Positions 1 to 11,428 of a stretch of 64,000 bases of DNA are shown here, one piece after another. The notes below the pieces were generated by a model. The model saw nothing but the letters and a program-made list of their open reading frames with translations. It did not search any database and was not told the origin of the DNA. The translations under genes were made by a program, and so were the position numbers. How positions within the stretch are numbered: the first letter of the stretch is position 1; each line of letters opens with the position of its first letter. The stretch comes from Octopus sinensis (taxonomy: Eukaryota): contig NW_021833893.1 in the NCBI RefSeq assembly GCF_006345805.1, forward strand, positions 186,001 through 250,000, read 5' to 3'.

Positions 1-138
1 CTGTAGTGGACTTGAGACAACATCGTTCTTAGTGATGATGGCGACGAAGATAGCGACGACGTGAAGTAGACAGACGACGATGGTGATGACGAAGGCAGAG
101 AAAAAGCATCGATGAATTGATGGCGTTCGTCATCATGA
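1..138 (-). other. Candidate exon of an unidentified leftward-transcribed gene (runs off window)
   Basis: On the minus strand a pyrimidine tract plus AG (tctttcttattctacag) precedes position 138. One frame is open to the window edge (HDDERHQFIDAFSLPSSSPSSSVYFTSSLSSSPSSLRTMLSQVHY). The sequence is low complexity and no homologue was recognised; it could be 5'UTR. Confidence 0.25.
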
Positions 139-559
139 CTGTAGAATAAGAAAGAGGCTCCTTCTACAATTGTTTGTGGTGGCCGGAAACAAATCGTCGA
201 AAGATGAATGCGTAGAGTTAAATCGTGTTCCAACTTCGCAGAAAAACTGGATTTTTTTGTTGATAAGTGATCTCTGGTTTTAGACCAGAATCACGTCGGG
301 GTCACCAGTGAAACGAACTTAGTGAGTGTGAATATCTTCTCTTGTACTTTCGGGGTACAAGAAAGCAATCACTAGCCGTTGCTTTAATTATCCAGAATTC
401 TACCAGTCAGAAACAACAAGACGCAGACGTAAAATATATATATACTACTTTATTCTCTTTCTTGGTAACAATAACAATAAGTGGTTATCTGATGTCCTTG
501 GTTCGGGGCGCGCAAGGCTGAAAGTTAATCGATTGTAATATTTACAATATTCAGCCGCT

Positions 560-900
560 AAAACCAGAACGGGTTCAAGATGGCGTCGAACAGGGAAGTT
601 GAATGTGGTCGGCAACAATTTGGTTAAAGGCATTCGGCCGACTGCTGCTAGAATCAAGTCCTGACGGAGAGAGAATATATGTGACCGTTGCCTTCGATAG
701 CCATGTCTCAAAGTCACCGCTTGCTGCTGCTAGTGGTCAAACGTTCTACGATCCCCCTGCCTTGGCCAGGGTCGTGCTTCCGGTGGTTCGCGCATGCGCG
801 AGAGGGCCCTTCCTTTCTGTGCCTTGGTGAAGGCACCAACACTCGCACGCGCGAGATAGAAAATGGACGGTGCGCGCGCGCGCCGCTATATAGCGTCACT
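560..900. promoter_or_regulatory. CpG-rich promoter-like region
   Basis: Locally GC/CpG-rich in an AT-rich window. YY1-like CAAGATGGCG 576-585, ETS-like GCTTCCGG 776-783, NRF1-type palindrome CGCGCATGCGCG 789-800, palindromic TATA-containing CGCTATATAGCG 884-895. Confidence 0.5.
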
Positions 901-1193
901 ACAAAGGGTTTGGAAGTAACAGTGTTGGGCTGTGCTTAGCGCAGTAGTTGACTTTGATCTAGTCCTGGTCTTTGTTGGCATGAATTACTGGAGAAATAAA
1001 AACAGAAGTGTTATACATTGGTACGAAATGATGGTGGACATAATACTTCGAGGAATGCTCTATATCAAGTATTAGTCTTTATGTCATTTCATACTATTAA
1101 TACACTTTACTGTTTTTACTTTTTGTAAATAGTCCACAGTCTTAATGACAATCACGTTATTTCACAACTGTATATTGCACCAATATTCTTTGT

Positions 1194-1232
<39 letters not shown>

Positions 1233-2299
1233 ACTCGTATGCCTAAATGTATATTAATGTATATATGGATAATGATGATAAGTAGCAGTTTAAAATGAGA
1301 GGAAGAAAATGTTACTAATTGAAATGGCCTTTCATTCTTATTTGGCCTTCCATTCTCAGTGTTACAATATAGGATACAATTTGAGTTGTGATACACAACT
1401 TATTTGCCGTTCTGTTATCCATTTTGTTGATAGTAACTTCATCCGTGGGTGACAGCCAGAAGACTAGTGGGAAAAGGAATGAGAGAAACAGTAAGAGAGT
1501 CTAGGAAAGAAGAGAGGGTAAGAGCTGTGTAGCCCCTCGCATCAAGTGCTTCCTCTCTCGGTGCCGAAAGAAAAAAGGAACTGGAATTGGTTACTGTATT
1601 TATATATGTTGGAAAGCTTATTGAATGGAAAGTAATGGGATTATCCCTCTCGTACTTTATTTAACTCGAGAATTTTAACTTAAGCAACAGAACCTGGCTA
1701 AGTGTGACAGTTGATTCACATACATTTCTTAATGCAAAAGTTCAGAACAGCAGGAAAGAAACTGATAGAAAAATGTAGATTCGGTTTCGAATCCTGGCTT
1801 TGAATCTAGGAAGCTATTCGTTACATATGCATACATGTGTATATGCATGCATGCATACATGTATGTATGTATGTATGTATGTATGTATGTATGTATGTAT
1901 GTATGTATGTATGTATGTATGCATGCATGCATGCATGCATGTTTGTGTGCATTATACATGCATATACACATATACATATGTATATATGTGTGTATGCATA
2001 TTGGTAATATTTCCTAAATCTCGTAAAAAGCTACTAAATCACTCAAATACATCCTATGTATTTTCCGTAAGATGAGATTACTAAATAATTTTCAACAAGA
2101 AATTTGCTACGAAGCCCATTAGTTAACATTCATATCTAGCCGATAAACATTCAGTTAGTGCCAACTGAGAGCAAGTGCAAGTTCGAAAGTCTTCTTAAAA
2201 TATAGACGGTACACTAAGAACAGTCTGACTCTTAGATATAGATACAACACATTCAATGCCAACAGAAGACAACCACAAACCACCTGCATCTCCCGCTAA

Positions 2300-3310
2300 G
2301 AAGTCACAGACCTCACAGAAACACTTAACGAGGAAGAGATTGTACTACTAACCAAGGAACCTAAATTCGCGATATTTAACTCATGGAAAGAATTTTGGAT
2401 TATTATATCCATTTGTAAAGTGGCGTATACGTTAATGTGGACATAAAAAGCAGCAATAGCCGTAATGATACGTATTATAAAAGGAAAGGAGAATACGGAG
2501 ATGCTATCTACACGAGAAGAATTCATGCAAACCAACGGCTGCAGATGTGGACAAACATTTAAAAATCATACTGTTTGGGTCCAGATTCCAGCTACTCCCC
2601 AATGAGTCACCCAATGAGGGATCAAGGTTCAAATCTACAGGACAAACGAGAAATATATGCTACCTATCACACCAATGGGTGTGTCTGTCACAGGTAGACA
2701 CACCCAGTGGCGCAGTGATACAGTGATCTGAGTTGAGGACAGATGCAATAACCTATGAGGAGCATATCCAAAGGCATGCTATTCAATATGCGAACATACA
2801 ATAGTGTCTTGGTATATCGCTAAAAAATAGAGTTGATCCTCTCATAGTTACTTAAACTTCTAGATTAACACTATCGAGAGGTAGCTGTCAAATACTTCTC
2901 CATGGTACCCTAATAGACAACAACTACGCTGTCAGTCTGGATGCTGCTCACTATAAACTGTCATACAACAAGCTATCCAATTACACCGCCAGTAACTGGA
3001 AAGGGAACATAAATTCTCAACTGACTCCCCTCGTACACGCCTTAGCTTCCTTTTAAATTTCTACACTGCCTACATATACTGCATCTATAGAAATACCACC
3101 TATAAGCAATCAAAATATATCCCGATGATAACCAAAATTCGGATCATGGCTACAACAACAGAGAACACAAAGCACTGCACTTCGGGCGGTAAAGCACACT
3201 TTGCCAGGGACACATGGACGATGTCCTAATGCTGCTCTACTCCAGAAATGAGATCATAAGAATCTACCACACCAGTAACAACATCAAGTTTGAAGTATAA
3301 CATCCAACTA
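2300..3310 (+). mobile_element. Highly degenerate Penelope-like RT relic
   Basis: Fragmented translations in colinear RT order: VSLDA, TTYKQSKYIPM (cf. YRQIKGTAMG), HMDDVLMLL (YxDD motif), NNIKFEV. Many stops and frameshifts. Confidence 0.45.
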
Positions 3311-3774
3311 CAGCCATTGGTTGATTTATTTATACGTATATGATATACACATGTAAGCATACACATATATGTATATATGCGTGTGTGTGCGTGTGTATGT
3401 TTATATATATGATATTGCTAAATACATACATGCATGCATCATCATATATATATACACATACATATATTCGTGAATGTATATATACATAGGTGACTACAAG
3501 AAAGCTTGTCCATTCCTTAGCCACGTCCATCTGTAATTTAAATGTAATAATTATTCTCAAGAGCATCACCAAATTGGACATTTTGTTCTAACCAGCCAGT
3601 ACCACCCTCATCTTCTAATGTGACTCATGAAATTCCAATGCCGACTTACATCAGCTATCTGTTTAGGAAAATGGTTAAAAATATATTCTTTTGTTTGTAC
3701 AAGTGAGTAATTCCGGTGTGGGTGCAAATTTTGTATTTTAATAAATGTATATACGCTTTAGTATGTGTTTACTC

Positions 3775-3807
<33 letters not shown>

Positions 3808-3942
3808 TGTATGTATGTATGCATGTATGTATGTATGCATGCATGTATGTATGTATGGATAGATGTATGTACGTGTGTGTGTATGTATGTATGTATATAT
3901 ATACATACATACACACACACACACACACGCAAACACACACGC

Positions 3943-3978
<36 letters not shown>

Positions 3979-3999
3979 ACACACACACATATATATATA

Positions 4000-5200
4000 C
4001 AGGGTGCGGTGAATAAATAGTCGTCTAACACTGACATCTCATTTTAAACGATGTATTTACCAAAATTATATTAAAATATCTTGAAATACTAAAGAGTAAA
4101 TTTATTCAATAAATTCGCAATTGGGTTCAACGACGGCCTACAGACGGCTTCAGAATCTCCTGTAACTCATCTGGACGGTCTCCTTGTTTAAGTTGGTGAT
4201 TGCTGCCATAATCCTTGCTTTCAGTTCATCTTTGGTGTTACAAGGAGTTTTGTTGGTCTCTCTCTCAAATGCGCCCCACACATAATAATCTAGGGGGTTG
4301 CAATCTAGGGAGTTAGGTGGCATGATGTTAGGGTTGATATGGTCTCAGAAATTGTCTGACAACCTCTTAACCCAGGGCACCACTACCTCCTCCAGGCACT
4401 TGATGTAGGCCTGTGTGTTGAGTCTGGGGTCGTGTGGGAAGATGAATGGAGGCATAACGTCGTCCTCACTAGTGATCGCTCCAAAAACCATGATGTTGAC
4501 TGGATGTACTCTCGGTAGATGTTTTGGGGATACGACAAGCCAACGGTTGTTCTGTGTTCGCCATCTGATCCTGGCAGAAAGTGCTTTTTTTTGTCTGAGA
4601 ATAACCAAAGCATGTTGAGTTGGAGGGGATGCTTAAGTTTGTTAAAAAACTTCGTAGTGCAGTCTTTCCTTTTGTCCTTGATGGCATGGAATAAAAATTG
4701 GCCCTTTCTCATCTTGTATGAGGAATACCGAATGTAATCACGCACTACCTGTCTGATCGGAACTCAGACACTGCTATATTCCTGGCGATGGACCTGATTG
4801 ATTTGGAGGGATCTTGTCAATCATAGCCTGGATCTCACAAGCAAATTCAGAAGTTCTTTTCTTATCAGAACGATCAGAGTCAGTTTTTCGAGCTGCCATA
4901 CCTTTGTAATTACCATTAGACTCATTCAACTGTTTCCGAATCCTCTTCACTGTCCTGAGATTGACACCTAAACACTCTGAAATGTTCGTGTTGGAGCTTC
5001 CGGTGCGAATGCCAAGCACTACAGCATGTCGTTTCCAAATTTCGAGCAGAATGAATTGCGTGGTGGTGGTGTTTTTTTCTCATAGTGTCCAACTGATCCT
5101 ACTATACTGTGTAACCGACAAAATAAAAAAAAAAAACAGACAATGCGCATGCTCGAAATAAGAAAATATAAAATAGCAACAATTTACATATCCCACGCTG
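4000..5200 (-). mobile_element. Tc1/mariner-superfamily transposon, defective (maT/rosa-like motifs)
   Basis: TA-flanked ends CAGGGTGCGG.../...CCCACGCTG. Fragmented transposase: HTH-like N-terminus (4774-5019), LWLFSDKK, IMVFGAITSEDDVMPPFIF, PNSP-DCNPLDYYVWG, KDELKARI. Internal deletion around the second catalytic Asp. Confidence 0.9.
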
Positions 5201-5232
5201 TATATATGTATGTGTGTGTATATATATATATG

Positions 5233-5319
<87 letters not shown>

Positions 5320-5321
<2 letters not shown>

Positions 5322-5737
5322 CATTAATAAATCTCCTAACGAGATATAAACAGTAACCGCTCGACAACGTAAAGTGTACTAGCCATCTGAATGTGGCTAG
5401 CCACTGGGGGGGGGGGTTACTGACGCTTTTAGCTCCAGGAGATCGACGTCTCCAGCTGGCCTTAGACACAATTTCAGTGCCCTTGTGTTATTTGCAAAGG
5501 TCTCCTTCATCGAAAACCGGTGTTTACCATACGTTGACGAGAGGCAAAAACCTTGAAACTATAGTCCGTATGTATCACTTAGGTTTTCGAGGGAGGATGA
5601 CCTCCCTTTGCAAATAACACAAGGGCACTGAAATTGTGTCTAAGGCCAGCTGGAGACGTCGATCTCCTGGGGCTAAAAGCGTCAGTAACACCCACCCCCA
5701 GTGGCTAGCCACATTCAGATGGCTAGTACACTTTACG

Positions 5738-5739
<2 letters not shown>
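5320..5739. mobile_element. Fold-back (long inverted repeat) element, copy 1, inserted in (TA)n
   Basis: Arms ~5366-5493 and ~5606-5739 are reverse complements, with further pairing inward (CGAAAACC/GGTTTTCG). Homologous to 8873-9360, 9446-9612 and 18345-18460. Flanked by (TA)n. Confidence 0.85.
5528..5572 (+). ncRNA. Minimal type I hammerhead ribozyme motif
   Basis: CATACG-TTGACGA-GAGG-caaaaa-CCTT-GAAA-C-TATA-G-TC-CGTATG: 6-bp stem I, UUGACGA core (C3U variant), 4-bp stem II, GAAA, 2-bp stem III with palindromic TATA loop, GUC triplet (predicted cut after 5566). Confidence 0.75.
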
Positions 5740-5782
<43 letters not shown>

Positions 5783-7097
5783 CGATATAGTGTATATTTT
5801 AACACATAAGGAATCCACTTATAGAAAATTCAGCACGCTAGAAAGAACAGCTAGGTTCTGTAAACCACAAAAATAACGGATAAAATTCGACAGGAATAAA
5901 GTTGGAAAGGAAAAACATTTACCATCTAGTTCCCTGGACCAATTGGTTTCTGATCATCTTTTAGCGAGTCAAGGAGAACTCACAAGGTCTGATTTTCTTC
6001 AGCAGGTCCAACCTAGGGCTAAGACATATCCAACACGAGACAAACAAGGCTACTTGTCTCGTGTTTATACGAACTAACTTTTCAAATTTTACTGCGCAGA
6101 CGCAGTCCTTCGCTGGCTACAATAAAAAACCGCCAACTTTTAACCGAAAATTATCCAAAAACTTACAGTATTTAATCATATCAAAGGGAAATGGAATTTT
6201 TAATTAAAATTAAAACATTCACTCAAAATTAGACCACTGGAAATGTAAATTTTGATTGAATGTTTTATTTTTAATTAAATTCCATTTCTCTTTTATATAT
6301 ATTTATATAAATGTACATATGTATAGACACATATAAACTCACGAGCATACATATGTATTATGTATATGTATGTATATATTATACATACACACATATACAT
6401 ATATCTATGCGTGTGAGTGTATATGTGTATGTATGTATATATATGTGTGTGTGTATATCTATATCTATAAAAGAGAGTTTGCATGTGTGTGTGTGTGTGC
6501 GTATGTTCCTTATGCATTCTAAAACCGAGTTGCTGATTTTGACGTATGGAGTATCAAAAGATTCAATAAGATTTTAGCTACCAACTAAAGTATATTTTCA
6601 TTCACATATTTGCATTACAAAAATTCATCGTAGAGAGCAAATGTCGCATTTTCACTTTATCCTCTCTTTCAATTTCTGCTCTCTTCAAAGCACACACACA
6701 CACTCACACACTCTAGCTAAAACTTCTGTGCGAATTATGTTATTCCCTGCAGTGTGCACGCGCAAATTTAAAGCTCAAATCCAACGATGAGCGTATTTAA
6801 AAACCTGATCTTTGATATAAACTTAAAAGAAAGTTTTCCCAGAAATCCTGTCCTTAAACTCTTCCTTCTAGGATGTCCCAGGTGACATTTCTGCTCCGCA
6901 CACCTTATTTCCTAAATTTCTTCCGATTTCTATGTTTGCGATATAGCAAATTAGGATTTCATCTACAAAATACGTTCTCAATATTTTAATTTTCCCTCTC
7001 TCCACGTCAAATTAATTTTTTACCTTTTTCAAATATTTTTTCTTGGTAATCCATGGAGAAAAAAACAGACACTACGACTCTTTAAGAATTTTACTAA

Positions 7098-7335
7098 TCA
7101 CCTCGCTACTTTCAAAAAGCTACACACTCCCAATGTTTCACTTTTAGCTGTTTGGAAAGCGGGGAAGTTTCTTCAGAAATAATATCGTTTACTTGTTGTT
7201 TCTAGCATGTCGTGTTTTCTGCTGGTGGTCAAGTATTTTTAAGTTTACTATTTTAGTAGAATTCTACGCATGCGGGAAACATCAGACAAAAGTGGAAGAT
7301 TGGAAGGTTTTAGCTTTTTGAAAGCAGGTAGGTGA
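7098..7335. repeat. 25-bp imperfect inverted repeat with ~190-bp spacer
   Basis: TCACCTCGCTACTTTCAAAAAGCTA (7098-7122) vs TAGCTTTTTGAAAGCAGGTAGGTGA (7311-7335), 22/25 complementary. No TSD seen. Confidence 0.6.
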
Positions 7336-8704
7336 TGGGTACACGAGGTGGGGGAAGGGGCATCGAGTGTTTCTTTAAGAAAAATTAAACTATATAAAAT
7401 ATATGTATTTCTTAGATTCATAATCTGTATATTTTTCTACGTAGATAACAAAAAAGGAAAAAGAAATTCGGAAAAGTTACAAATTAAGAAATAGCAGTTG
7501 GAGTGGGGGAAATAAAAATTTTGAAATCCAGATTTCTGGTCAAAATCGTATTAACGCCCTTTTATACGATGAAACAATACATAGTTTGTGATCCTTCTGA
7601 AGAACAGAAAGCACTTTCATGCAAACCCCTGTAAATTGTACCCTCCCCCTTCACTTTTAAATAAACAATAATTTCCATTATGCCATTGACTACATATCTG
7701 TGCCGATTCTGCCCATAAGAAAGGAGCAAATAATACGCCGGGATGCATTGCTAGAAATTCTGTATACCAGTGTAAAATTACTACACATAAAGTACATTTT
7801 CACATTGGAAGCACGTCTTTACAGTTATCTAAAAGAATTTCTAACCATTACTCGACATTTAGGGATAGGAATAAACGTAACAGTACAGGGCTCAGTAAAT
7901 TAATTTGGGAACTAAAAGACCACAATAAACAGTTTAATTTAGATTGGTTGATTCTCTCAATCTCGATCTCGATACCTTATGACAAAGGCAAGGAATTCTG
8001 TCTTCTCTGTAATTCTGAATTATTATTATTATTATTTCTAAAAATTCTCTAGTAAACACGGTTATAGAGCGTGCATACCAATGTAAACATTGGCAAAAAC
8101 ACACTTTTGTTCATATAAGTGATCTCTATCATTATATATAATTTAAACATTACTTTTCTTGTTATATTTCACATTCACTAAAAATATATATTTTCCTAGA
8201 ATGTAAGTTTTTTTAATATACATATAGTCATATACTTCTCATTTATTTAGCTTTTCTTTAATTTATCCCTCCTCTTTCTATAGGTTACCTCTGACGTTAT
8301 ATCATATAACGTTTTTTCAAACAATATTAATAGCGTCCAGTTAATCCTTATACATTTCCATCATTTTCTGTTAAAATGTCTTAGTGGCGAGTTTCATTTC
8401 TTCACTTCCCTGAAGAGAAGATTGCATTGTTTTACACCATTTTATTCCTTTGGAATAATATCAGTGAACTCTTCGAAACATGTGTCGGAAGTAAAAGTAT
8501 TTGAATTACACATGCGTTAAATTCCATTTATTCATTTATATATTATACAAAAAATTTCACGTAAACCCGAACTTTCTACCGTTAAAAACAAGGAGTTACA
8601 ACCTTTTTACTTGTGTGATTTTTTGCTACCCTGGTAACTATTTATCTATTTTTTCCGTGTTAATTGTTAACCAGGGAAAAATGCTCACATCTATCAATCA
8701 ATCA

Positions 8705-9360
<656 letters not shown>

Positions 9361-9445
9361 CTTACTGTTCGTTTTTCGACATCAGTGGCAGACGCCATTA
9401 GAAAAACTTATATATAATTTGCAAAGAAGCCTTCACTTTCATCGC

Positions 9446-9612
9446 TACCTGGTGGTTACCGACGGTTGACGAGGGACAACAACCCCGAAACTAGTTCGAG
9501 CGTATCACTCAGGCTTGCGAGGAAGGGATGGCCTCCCTTTGCAAATACTCCAAGGACACTGATATTGTGTCTAAAGCCAGCTTGAGACGAAGATCTCTTG
9601 GGGCTATAAAAG
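9446..9612 (+). repeat. Partial inverted duplicate of fold-back copy 2 (spacer plus part of one arm)
   Basis: Reverse complement of ~8980-9143. Contains TTGACGA...GAAACTAGTT (9466-9496), but stem I is disrupted (GACGG vs CGAGC). Confidence 0.85.
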
Positions 9613-9787
9613 CTGTTCGTTTTTACATATATCATATCACTTAGATCATTAGCGCTTTCTCCCATTCTAGTGGGGTTTTCAAATCAAAATAATTCCTTTG
9701 TGGGGAATTTTAATAATTTTATAGAGTTTCGTAGTGCTGGGGAGGAACAAGACAGCACAAGAGGATGAGGAGAAAGTGAGAGAGAGA

Positions 9788-9848
<61 letters not shown>

Positions 9849-10289
9849 GTGTGTGCGTGCGTGCGCGTTTGTATCTGAGGCTAAAGAGAAAGAGGGGAAG
9901 GGAGAGGGAAGAAGAAGGATTTCCTTTGGTCTGCTGGACAGAACACCGACTCCAAGGGGGTTCTAAGAATTTCAGCTTTTGACCACTTCAGTGTCACTGA
10001 GTGTGTGGTGGTGGGTAGGCAGGCCATAAATTACACCTCCTTTTATCATTTTGAGGATGGTCAAATGTCGTTTGCGGTTTAAGAACTCTTTCCACTTTTA
10101 TGATCGTTTTGTGGAGGTGTGTGTGTCTGTGTGTCCGTGTGTGTTTGTGTGTGTGTGTGTGTGTGTGCATGTGTGTGTCTCTGTGTGTTTGGAGAATGGG
10201 AGAGAGACAAAAAGAGAAAAGGGAAAAGAAAAATAAGGGAGGAAGGGGAAAAAAATTTGTGTTGATATTTATACCACTACATATATATA

Positions 10290-10541
10290 TACAGACTTAA
10301 AAACCTTTTATCGGTTCAAAATGAACAACTAAATTACACCATCTTGAAAATTGTATATCATAGGAAAGTTAAAATTAAAGTGACAATTAAAAAGTAAAGA
10401 TGGAAGTAAATTATAAAAATAATAATATAATGTATATAACAGGCAATATATATATATACACACATATATATATACATATACAAACATATACTAAATGTTC
10501 TACTATATTAGATTGTAAATCGAAAGATGTGTCCTTCAATG

Positions 10542-10584
<43 letters not shown>

Positions 10585-10770
10585 GCTTACACATGAAATA
10601 TTAGAAAAAAAACCACCTTCTATCAATTCAAAATGAACAATCAAATTACACCATCTTGAAAATTGCATATCATAGGAAGGTTAATATTAGAATGACAATT
10701 GGCAAGTAAAGATCAAGTAAATTACAAAAACAATATAATGTATATAACAGGTAATATATATATACACACA

Positions 10771-10840
<70 letters not shown>

Positions 10841-10900
10841 TATTAAATGTTCTACTATATTATATTGTAAATCGAAAGATTTGTCCTTCAATGTATGATG
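10290..10900. repeat. Two diverged ~250-300 bp tandem units at the PLE 3' side
   Basis: 10290-10541 and 10581-10895 share CAAAATGAACAA...TTACACCATCTTGAAAATTG...AATCGAAAGAT.TGTCCTTCAATGT. Confidence 0.8.
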
Positions 10901-10909
10901 AGTAAAGTT

Positions 10910-11428
10910 TCAGCCATTTAATTTGGGAGAGAACTTAGCTATGAAATATTTTTTCATATTCCTCCTGAAAGAGGTGTCGTTCTTCGGACATTTGTAGAAG
11001 GGAAAGATCTTAAATTTTCCTTCTCCACATGTAGCTAGGTGTGTACTTAGTGATATTTTGCGTAGTTCTTCCTGCCGAATATGTTGTCGGTGAATCCTGG
11101 CTCGCTGGCACAAAGAATTACCAGTTTCACCTACGTAATTCTCCTTGCACGTGGGGCAGGTTATGCAGTATATAACGTTCTGCGTCTTGCAGTTCATATC
11201 TGCATTTACTTTGAATATGTCACCATTTTTAAATATCATCTCTCTGTTTCCCTCTATGTATTTGTAGGTGGGGTTGCTGCAGATCCCACATCTACCATCT
11301 CCGTACACTTTTGCAAAGAATTCCGTTTTAGTTTCTGAAGAGAATTTCGCTCTTGTTAGGTGTTTCTTTAGGTTTTTGTCCTGTCGTCTACTGTTTTTTA
11401 TGCTATATTTGTTTAATATGTTTTTCAT
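10910..11428 (-). CDS. GIY-YIG endonuclease domain of the PLE (frameshifted from RT)
   Basis: NVIYCITCPTCKENYVGETGNSLCQRARIH...HLATCG...KFSPKLNG. Confidence 0.9.
   Translation of the reverse strand: MKNILNKYSIKNSRRQDKNLKKHLTRAKFSSETKTEFFAKVYGDGRCGICSNPTYKYIEGNREMIFKNGDIFKVNADMNCKTQNVIYCITCPTCKENYVGETGNSLCQRARIHRQHIRQEELRKISLSTHLATCGEGKFKIFPFYKCPKNDTSFRRNMKKYFIAKFSPKLNG

Noticed and set aside
9620-10400. Expected hammerhead inside the large PLE's pseudo-LTR
   Set aside because: Only partial motifs were found (TTGAGGA without GAAA; CTGAAGT...GAAA without stems); no complete fold on either strand.
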